Source: Gammaproteobacteria bacterium REDSEA-S15_B12 (GTDB lineage: Bacteria > Pseudomonadota > Gammaproteobacteria > Arenicellales > UBA868). From it: DNA of 51,591 nt. The position numbers and the translations under genes are program-made. The notes beneath the pieces are model-generated. The model saw only the letters and a program-made list of their open reading frames with translations, was not told where the DNA came from and did no database searches. Shown piece after piece: positions 40,317-46,833 of the stretch (position 1 is the first letter of the stretch; the number at the start of each line of letters is the position of its first letter). The stretch covers positions 1 through 51,591 of the forward strand of contig LUSG01000048.1 in assembly GCA_001629395.1 (NCBI GenBank), given 5' to 3'.

Positions 40317-41550
40317 AAGCCGCATCGACAGCCGCCCCGGGAGTGGCCACATAGCCGTTTCGCCGCAGTACAGTTTCCAGTGCGCTTAAACACCGCAGAA
40401 CATTGGTTTTACGACAGCCGTAACCCATCGTGCCGATTCGCCAGATCTTGCCATGCAGTGGACCAAATGATGTTCCTATCTCGATACCAAAATCGTCCAG
40501 TAACGCGGCACGAGCGGTATCGCCGTTCTCGATCGACTCGGGTATGTAGACACCGGTCACATTGGTCATTCGATGCTCGGCATCACCGAAGAGTTCAAGC
40601 CCCATCGCAACCAACCCCGCTCGCAGCGCTTGCGAAGTCAGTCTATGGCGCTCGAAACCGGCTTCCAATCCTTCCCCGAGAACGACTCGAGCACATTCCC
40701 GCGCAGCGTACAGCATAGAAGTCGACTCGGTGTGATGATTCAGGCGCAAAGGACTCCAGTAATCCATCAGCATGGCAAGGTCGAGGTAGTTGGATTGGAT
40801 AATCGCACCTTCAGCGTCTACGCTTTCCGCGCTTCGTATACCGGCCTCGACATGCTTGCGGGCGTTGATCCGATCCACAGCGTGTTCACTCAAAGTAACG
40901 GGTGATGTGCCAGGTGGTCCCGACATACATTTCTGCAGTCCCGACGACACCGCGTCCAGGCACCAGTCGTCAGTTTCCACCGGGCTACCGCCGAGTGTCG
41001 CGGTGGTGTCGGCATAAACCAGAATGCCAGCCTCACGACAGAAGCGTCCGACATCCCCCAGCGGTTGCAGCATCGTCGTTGACGTATCACCATGGACCAT
41101 CGCAACCAGCTTGGGTTGATGCGCACGAATCGCGTCAGTGACCTGCTCGGGGTCGAATACTGTACCCCACTCAGTTTCTATGTTGACCAGATCACCACCG
41201 GCCCGCCGTGCGATCTCGGTCAGCAGATGTCCAAAGCGGCCAAAAATCGGTACCAGCACTTTGTCCCCGGGCGAGATCAGCGAAGTAAGACAAGCCTCGA
41301 TCCCTGAACGGGCTGTCCCGTTAACCAGCAGGGTCCACTGATTTTCAGTACGAAACACCCGTCGGTACAGCGCCATCACCTGATTCATATAGGTGGTGAA
41401 CTGTGGATCGAATTGCCCAAGCATGGCCCTGGACATTGCCTGTAGAACCCGGGGATAGACATCGACGGGACCGGGTCCCATCAGCAGTCTTGGTTCTGGA
41501 TCAAGTTCTTCAAACAGGGTGCTCGACCCCGGATGTGTGCTGTCACTCAT
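40294..41550 (-). CDS. Class-V PLP aminotransferase (alanine/serine-glyoxylate, PucG-like ureidoglycine-glyoxylate aminotransferase family)
   Basis: 418 aa. 'LLMGPGPVDV', PLP-lysine context 'AVSSGLQKCMSGPPGTSP', 'WRIGTMG'. Specificity is inferred from the purine-catabolic context only. Confidence 0.8.
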   Translation of the reverse strand: MSDSTHPGSSTLFEELDPEPRLLMGPGPVDVYPRVLQAMSRAMLGQFDPQFTTYMNQVMALYRRVFRTENQWTLLVNGTARSGIEACLTSLISPGDKVLVPIFGRFGHLLTEIARRAGGDLVNIETEWGTVFDPEQVTDAIRAHQPKLVAMVHGDTSTTMLQPLGDVGRFCREAGILVYADTTATLGGSPVETDDWCLDAVSSGLQKCMSGPPGTSPVTLSEHAVDRINARKHVEAGIRSAESVDAEGAIIQSNYLDLAMLMDYWSPLRLNHHTESTSMLYAARECARVVLGEGLEAGFERHRLTSQALRAGLVAMGLELFGDAEHRMTNVTGVYIPESIENGDTARAALLDDFGIEIGTSFGPLHGKIWRIGTMGYGCRKTNVLRCLSALETVLRRNGYVATPGAAVDAAYEVYSGV

Positions 41551-41576
41551 GATTGTTTTCCAGATCTTTTAGGTTG

Positions 41577-42551
41577 TCAGTCGTCAGCAACGACGTGGGT
41601 GCCGGCGTCTCCTATCAATGCGGGCAGTGCTTGCTCGAGGTGCGCAATGATCGCACGTCTGCCGCCCCGCTCAATAAATCGTATTGCGGCTTCGACCTTG
41701 GGTCCCATGCTACCCGCAGCAAAGTGCCCATCCTCCTGGTGCTGTCTCATCTGTGAGACCGAACATTGGGCAATCTCCTTTTCATTCGGCCCGCCGAAAT
41801 CCAGCGCCACCCGCGGTACGCCGGTCAGGATCAACATGTGTTCGATACCCAGTACATTGGCCATGTGCTGTGAAGTCAGATCTTTATCGATCACCGCTTC
41901 TATCCCCCGGCGTATGCCATGGGCATCTCTAACAACGGGTATACCACCGCCACCGCCGGCAATCACAATCGTACCCCGACTGGCCAGTCCATCGATCAGC
42001 GAGATGTCACAGATGTGTTTGGGTTCAGGTGAGGGCACGACCTGGCGCCATCCACGGCCGGCATCTTCGTGCATAACCCAACCGAGCTCAGATTCAAGTT
42101 CCTTCGCCTCCTGCTCGGAGAAAAAATATCCCACGGGCTTGCTCGGCTGCCCGAATGCAGGATCTGCCGGATCAACCTCAACCTGTGTGACCAAGCCGAT
42201 AGCGTGTCTTGGGTTACCCGCGCCACGCAGCGCGTTCTCGAAAGCCTGCATCAGCAGATAAGCAGTTACCCCCTGTGTATTGGCAACACAGATATCAACC
42301 GACATGGGCGTAACCCGATGTCTTGCCAGAGCCTGACGCATCATTGTTTTGCCGACACCTGGACCATTGCCGTGCGTAACGATTAGTTCACGTTCCAGTT
42401 CTAAAATGGGTAACAGTGTCTGGGCTGCACGGGCGGCTGTATCCATCTGTTCTTCAGGCGTGCCTTTAATGCCCTGAGGATGAATGGCATTTCCCCCCAC
42501 TGCGATCAACAACCGGGGAGGGAGTTCCCGTGAGTGGGCAGGTGAAGTCAT
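41577..42551 (-). CDS. arcC: Carbamate kinase
   Basis: 324 aa. 'LLIAVGGNA', 'VTHGNGPGVG', 'IAGGGGGIPVV', 'EAVIDKDL', 'FAAGSMGPKVEAA'. Confidence 0.92.
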   Translation of the reverse strand: MTSPAHSRELPPRLLIAVGGNAIHPQGIKGTPEEQMDTAARAAQTLLPILELERELIVTHGNGPGVGKTMMRQALARHRVTPMSVDICVANTQGVTAYLLMQAFENALRGAGNPRHAIGLVTQVEVDPADPAFGQPSKPVGYFFSEQEAKELESELGWVMHEDAGRGWRQVVPSPEPKHICDISLIDGLASRGTIVIAGGGGGIPVVRDAHGIRRGIEAVIDKDLTSQHMANVLGIEHMLILTGVPRVALDFGGPNEKEIAQCSVSQMRQHQEDGHFAAGSMGPKVEAAIRFIERGGRRAIIAHLEQALPALIGDAGTHVVADD

Positions 42552-42557
42552 TGCGGT

Positions 42558-43574
42558 TTAACCGTCTGCATCGGTGCTCATAAACGTGGCTACTACATCT
42601 TTTCCAGCCGACAATGCCAATGAAAGCAGCAGTGCAGACTTGTGCGGGTTTAGGTGGCGCGAAGCAACGATGTGGTGTTCCTCTGTCAGGGTCATGGTTT
42701 CAGGCAACACCACGACGTCAGCGACACGGGACGATACAACAATGGTTATGCCGTCATCCGCCAGCCGGTTAATCTCCGGTACCAGCCCGTCGGGGATCTC
42801 TCCGCATCCGAAACCAGCTATCACCAGGCCTCTGCGCTCTGTCCAGTCACGGGACAACAGGTCCGCGTGTGAATTGCCAGCGGCAACATAATGGATATCT
42901 ACAGCCGGCAACAGCACGTCGTTGGACAGCGCACCAGCAAACGCGCCAGCCAGCGCTGCTTTAGTCGAGTCAGAAAAAAAGAAGGTGCGGCCGGAATAGA
43001 CCCGCCCCAGCGGTCTGGCGGGCGATGAAGTGAACGCATTTGTGGCGATGGAATGGCGCTTGACAACGTGCAGTGCGGACAGAATCTCACCGTTCATCAC
43101 CACCATGACACCCCGGCCACTGGCATTTGCCGACGCACACACCTGCACCGCATGGAAAAGATTGGCAGGTCCATCCGGACTCAGTGCTGTTGCGGGGCGC
43201 ATGCTGCCGGTCAACACGATTGGTTTATCGGTGCTGAGTGTAAGATGCAGAAACAGCGCTGCTTCTTCAAGTGTATCGGTACCATGGGTAACCACTACAC
43301 CGGTCACGTCTTTTCTGCTGGCCTCCTCGCTGATCTTCCTGGCGAGCAACTGCCACTGCTCAGGACCCATATCCTTGGAATTCAAAGAAAACAGGTTCTG
43401 CCCACTGATCTGTGCGACGTTCGCCAGATCGGGAATAACCTCCAGCAAATCAGCGACCGACAATTGACCGGCACTGTAAGCGAGGTTCGTAGCCGAATCG
43501 GCGCGGCCGGCGATGGTTCCGCCGGTACCGACAATGACGACCTTAGGTTCTGACGGCATTTGCTCAACGCCCAA
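42558..43574 (-). CDS. Asparaginase-family amidohydrolase, cytoplasmic (no signal peptide)
   Basis: 338 aa. 'VVIVGTGGTIAGR' (nucleophile Thr), 'VVTHGTDTLEEAALFL', 'LTGSMRPA'. Alternative start at 43559. Confidence 0.85.
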   Translation of the reverse strand: MGVEQMPSEPKVVIVGTGGTIAGRADSATNLAYSAGQLSVADLLEVIPDLANVAQISGQNLFSLNSKDMGPEQWQLLARKISEEASRKDVTGVVVTHGTDTLEEAALFLHLTLSTDKPIVLTGSMRPATALSPDGPANLFHAVQVCASANASGRGVMVVMNGEILSALHVVKRHSIATNAFTSSPARPLGRVYSGRTFFFSDSTKAALAGAFAGALSNDVLLPAVDIHYVAAGNSHADLLSRDWTERRGLVIAGFGCGEIPDGLVPEINRLADDGITIVVSSRVADVVVLPETMTLTEEHHIVASRHLNPHKSALLLSLALSAGKDVVATFMSTDADG

Positions 43575-43583
43575 AGGTTAGGA

Positions 43584-44615
43584 TCAGTTTAATCCAACGA
43601 TGTTGGCGATCAATGACATACGCAGTGGTACTGAGAAACCGATCTGCTTGAAATACAGTTCGTGTGCCGTCTGGTCGATTCCAAAGTCGAATTCTCCTTC
43701 ATTCCGTGGCAGCGAGTGCATAACACCCACAGTCTTTCCACTTTGCTCACGGATTTTTTCCAGCCCGTCAACGGTGAAATAGTATTCCTCCATCTTTTTC
43801 ATGAAGTCATCCCGCCCTGGATCACCTTTCTTGACCGAACACCCTGGCAGATACAACAGATCTATCCCTTCGTCAGCAATCAGATCCTCCTGTTGCCGAA
43901 TCGTCAGGTCATTGTGTTCCACATACGTCGCATTCATCCCGTCGAGTTTTTCACGGATGACATCCGGTGTACGCAGGCCGGTCGTACCGGAATACACAAT
44001 CCTGGCACCCATCCGAGCCAGGCCCAGGGCAAAGGACTGCCCGGAACGCGCGCGCGACAGATCGGGCGTGGCGATCATCACACTCATGGTCGAAAAATCA
44101 CCGCCCAACACCCGCCACGCGGTGTACATGTCGAGCAGACCCTGTGTGGGATGCGTCACATTGCCGTAACCCCCACTGATAATCGGAATTGTGTCACCCG
44201 CCAGAAGTTCTATATCTGCCAGCACTCTTTCATCATCGGGGTGCCTGAGTACAAGAACATCGGCATATTGCGAGATCACCCGGATCGAATCGTAAAGGGA
44301 CTCATTCTTTGCTGCAGACGAACTGACCAGCGGGTTGGACTCCGTCAGTACGTTGCCACCAAGACGGTACATGGCCGTCTCATGGCTGAACCGGGTTCGG
44401 GTGCTGGGCTGGAAAAACAAAGTACACAAGATCCTGTGCCGAAGCAGTTCCAGACCGCTTCGCCAGTAAGGCTCGAACATTTCTGCTGTTAGAAAAACGT
44501 TGTCGAGTTCATCTGAAGACAGGTCGTCGATAAAAGTCAGGTGGCGACCTTTGATCGCGGTTTTTTCTACCTGGGCATAGATGTCTCTCGGGCCAAAGTC
44601 CGGCGTCAATACCAT
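43584..44615 (-). CDS. ATCase/OTCase-superfamily carbamoyltransferase of non-canonical specificity (candidate ureidoglycine/allantoate carbamoyltransferase)
   Basis: 343 aa from the ATG at 44615, behind 'GAGGAAG'. Carbamoyl-phosphate site intact: 'QPSTRTRFSHE', 'VLRHP', 'THPTQGLLD', 'MHSLPR'. The ATCase 'TRVQKER' aspartate-binding segment is replaced by 'PGCSVKK'. Confidence 0.85.
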   Translation of the reverse strand: MVLTPDFGPRDIYAQVEKTAIKGRHLTFIDDLSSDELDNVFLTAEMFEPYWRSGLELLRHRILCTLFFQPSTRTRFSHETAMYRLGGNVLTESNPLVSSSAAKNESLYDSIRVISQYADVLVLRHPDDERVLADIELLAGDTIPIISGGYGNVTHPTQGLLDMYTAWRVLGGDFSTMSVMIATPDLSRARSGQSFALGLARMGARIVYSGTTGLRTPDVIREKLDGMNATYVEHNDLTIRQQEDLIADEGIDLLYLPGCSVKKGDPGRDDFMKKMEEYYFTVDGLEKIREQSGKTVGVMHSLPRNEGEFDFGIDQTAHELYFKQIGFSVPLRMSLIANIVGLN

Positions 44616-44760
44616 AGTTGTGCTTCCTCGCTGATTCAAAGTTACTGTGCAGATCGCGGTGTTAACTGCCGTTGGATCCCGGGCCAGGATCCATTGCTAT
44701 GGCAGAACCCCGGACAGGGTGGAACATAAACTGTGTTCAGAACTGCTCTGAAAATCCAGC

Positions 44761-44801
44761 TGCAGTACTGCACATTTTAAGCGAACTCTCCCAGCAGTCA
44801 C
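44761..44801 (-). promoter_or_regulatory. Putative sigma70 promoter with an abutting palindromic operator, upstream of the carbamoyltransferase operon
   Basis: On the minus strand: -35-like GTGACT (44801-44796), a 16-nt spacer, -10 TAAAAT (44779-44774), then one base and a perfect 12-bp palindrome TGCAGTACTGCA (44772-44761). Prediction by eye only. Confidence 0.3.
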
Positions 44802-44846
44802 CACTTGACCTGTTAGACAGGCCTCTGCTGTGCTCAGCATCTGCTG

Positions 44847-45383
44847 TCAGTTGTAGCATTCGATCTCCTGCAGCCTTAGCCAGGCTATACGATGCACCTG
44901 TCTGAGCGCTTCAGCAAATTCATCGTCACGGTCACTGTTGATTCGCTCGTGGAAATTCTCCAGCACCTGCTGTCTATTACGACCGCGTACCGCAAGAATA
45001 AAAGGAAAACCAAATTGCTTGGTGTAAGACTGATTGAGGGACTGAAACTCCGCGTATTCAGCTTTTGTACACCGGTCCAGTCCCGCACCGGCTTGTTCAG
45101 ATCGGGACTCGGTTGTCAGGACATCACCCACGCCCAGTTTGCCGGCAAGATCGGGGTGTGCGCGCAGCAGCCTGAGCTGAAGTTCCGGACCTGCCTCCTC
45201 GACAATTGCGACCAGGGTCCGGCACAGACCTTCAGGCGAATCTTCGGTACTCGCGAGACCTTGATCCCAGGCCTGCTCAACAATCCAGGGGGATTTCTCA
45301 TAGATATGGCCGAACACTGCGATGAATTCCTCGCGATCCATTTCACTGGGCTTGCGGTGGTTGTGCAATCGATCATCCGTCAC
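44847..45383 (-). CDS. uraD: 2-oxo-4-hydroxy-4-carboxy-5-ureidoimidazoline (OHCU) decarboxylase
   Basis: 'EFIAVFGHIYEKSPWIVEQAW', 'LLRAHPDLAGK', 'FGFPFILAVRG'. A GTG start at 45383 lies 2 nt after the puuE stop; ATG 45341 is an alternative. The longer ORF up to 45530 overlaps puuE and is rejected. Confidence 0.85.
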   Translation of the reverse strand: MTDDRLHNHRKPSEMDREEFIAVFGHIYEKSPWIVEQAWDQGLASTEDSPEGLCRTLVAIVEEAGPELQLRLLRAHPDLAGKLGVGDVLTTESRSEQAGAGLDRCTKAEYAEFQSLNQSYTKQFGFPFILAVRGRNRQQVLENFHERINSDRDDEFAEALRQVHRIAWLRLQEIECYN

Positions 45384-45385
45384 TG

Positions 45386-46261
45386 TTAATCCTGTATAAC
45401 CGGGTGGTGTTGCCGCCAGTGCCGGGCGATATCGACCCGTCGACAGAACCACACACCCTCGTGGCGCTGGGCGTGATCGATAAACCGTTCCAGCGCTCGA
45501 ATACGGCCAGGTCTGCCGACCAGACGGCAATGCAGACCGATCGACATCATCCGCGGTATGCGCGAACCTTCCTCGTACAAGTTAAACCCCTGTGGCGTTG
45601 CAAACCGCATGTCATTAGCATCCAGCGTATAGGGTACAACCAGGTGCTGATGACCATCGACTGTTGTCCAAAAGGGCAAGTCATCGTTGTAGTCATCAGC
45701 GTCATAAAGGAAACCGCCCTCCTCAACCACCAGGCGACGGGTGTTCTCGCTGGTCCGGCCCGTATACCAGCCCAGTGGGCGTTCACCCGTCAGTTGCTCA
45801 ATGAGCTCGATCGCTTTGTGAAGATGTTCTCTTTCCGTCGCCTCCGGTACGTCCCGGTAGTCAATCCAGCGGTAGCCGTGTGAGCAGATCTCGTGTCCCG
45901 CACCAACCACAGCATCGGCTACCGCCGGGTTCCGCGCAAGCGCCATCGCCACGGCGAAAACTGTGATTGGAATCTGTTTTTGTTCGAAAAGGTTCAACAG
46001 ACGCCAGATCCCGACGCGTGAGCCGTATTCATAGATTGATTCCATACTCATGTGCCGCTGGCCAGGCCATGGTGCAGCACCGACGATCTCTGACAAAAAT
46101 GCTTCTGACGCCGAATCACCGTGTAAAATACTGTTTTCACTACCTTCTTCATAGTTGACCACAAACTGAAGTGCCAGCCTGGCTTCATCGGGCCAGTTTG
46201 CAGCCGGCACAGACCGCCCGTAGCCAACCAGGTCACGTGGGTAGACATCCTTTGGGGCCAT
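45386..46261 (-). CDS. puuE: Allantoinase PuuE (polysaccharide deacetylase-type, metal-independent)
   Basis: 291 aa. 'YPRDLVGYGR', 'QFVVNYEEGSENSILHGDSASEAFLSE', 'HGYRWIDY', 'GLHCRLVGRPGR', 'RRVDIARHW'. It appears to lack about 15 aa after 'ATPQGFN' relative to the PuuE I remember. Confidence 0.85.
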   Translation of the reverse strand: MAPKDVYPRDLVGYGRSVPAANWPDEARLALQFVVNYEEGSENSILHGDSASEAFLSEIVGAAPWPGQRHMSMESIYEYGSRVGIWRLLNLFEQKQIPITVFAVAMALARNPAVADAVVGAGHEICSHGYRWIDYRDVPEATEREHLHKAIELIEQLTGERPLGWYTGRTSENTRRLVVEEGGFLYDADDYNDDLPFWTTVDGHQHLVVPYTLDANDMRFATPQGFNLYEEGSRIPRMMSIGLHCRLVGRPGRIRALERFIDHAQRHEGVWFCRRVDIARHWRQHHPVIQD

Positions 46262-46454
46262 CGCTTTTACCTGTCTGTATTAGACCCACCGCATTCTGAT
46301 GGGATGTTTTGCCTACTGGATTTCGTGAATTCCAAGTCAAACATGTTTAAAGTTGCGGAAAAGACACGGCTGGTAGCCAGGTTTCCAGTTGCCTTGCCGT
46401 GCATATCGGCGCTTCTTCGCAACCGATAGGACTGACTGTAGCCGGAGCAACCGA

Positions 46455-46805
46455 ATGGGACAACTGACAACTCACGTGCTGGACACAGCCCGCGGAAAAC
46501 CCGCGGACAATATGAACTGGGCCCTGTATTGTGCCGACACCGAACGCACCGTGCTTGCCACAGGACGCACCAATGCAGACGGGCGGAATGCCGGACCGAT
46601 CTTAGCGGGTGCAGATTTCGTGTCAGGCATATACGAACTCGTGTTCTATGTCGCGGAGTATTTTCGATACGGCGGCATTGAACTGCCGGACCCAGCCTTC
46701 CTGGATGAGGTGGTTATTCGGTTTGGCATTGCTGAATCGCACAGCCACTATCACGTGCCTCTACTCATTTCGCCCTATGGGTACAGCACTTACCGGGGGA
46801 GTTGA
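46455..46805 (+). CDS. uraH: 5-hydroxyisourate hydrolase (transthyretin-like)
   Basis: 116 aa. N-terminal 'LTTHVLDTARGKPA', 'HYHVPLLISPYGYSTYRGS' with the diagnostic C-terminal YRGS. Confidence 0.92.
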   Translation: MGQLTTHVLDTARGKPADNMNWALYCADTERTVLATGRTNADGRNAGPILAGADFVSGIYELVFYVAEYFRYGGIELPDPAFLDEVVIRFGIAESHSHYHVPLLISPYGYSTYRGS

Positions 46806-46833
46806 ACCCTCACCCGGTCGGACAGCCAGAAAC

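Noticed and set aside
38827-40352. Apparent frameshift splitting the DUF1116 (YlbE-like) gene into ORFs 40098-40352 and 38827-40161
   Set aside because: The junction is a clean TAATG stop/start overlap. The downstream ORF from ATG 40098 already has the full length (423 aa) of E. coli-type YlbE. I therefore interpret it as two coupled genes, not a pseudogene.
41533-42261. 242-aa plus-strand ORF antisense to the carbamate kinase gene
   Set aside because: It is a shadow ORF. The opposite strand encodes a complete carbamate kinase with all signature motifs.
43662-44492. 276-aa plus-strand ORF antisense to the carbamoyltransferase gene (also 43053-43553 and 43030-43467 antisense to the asparaginase gene)
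   Set aside because: It has no recognisable domains, and the opposite strand has intact STRTR/HPTQ/HxLPR and TGGTIAG/HGTDT enzymes.
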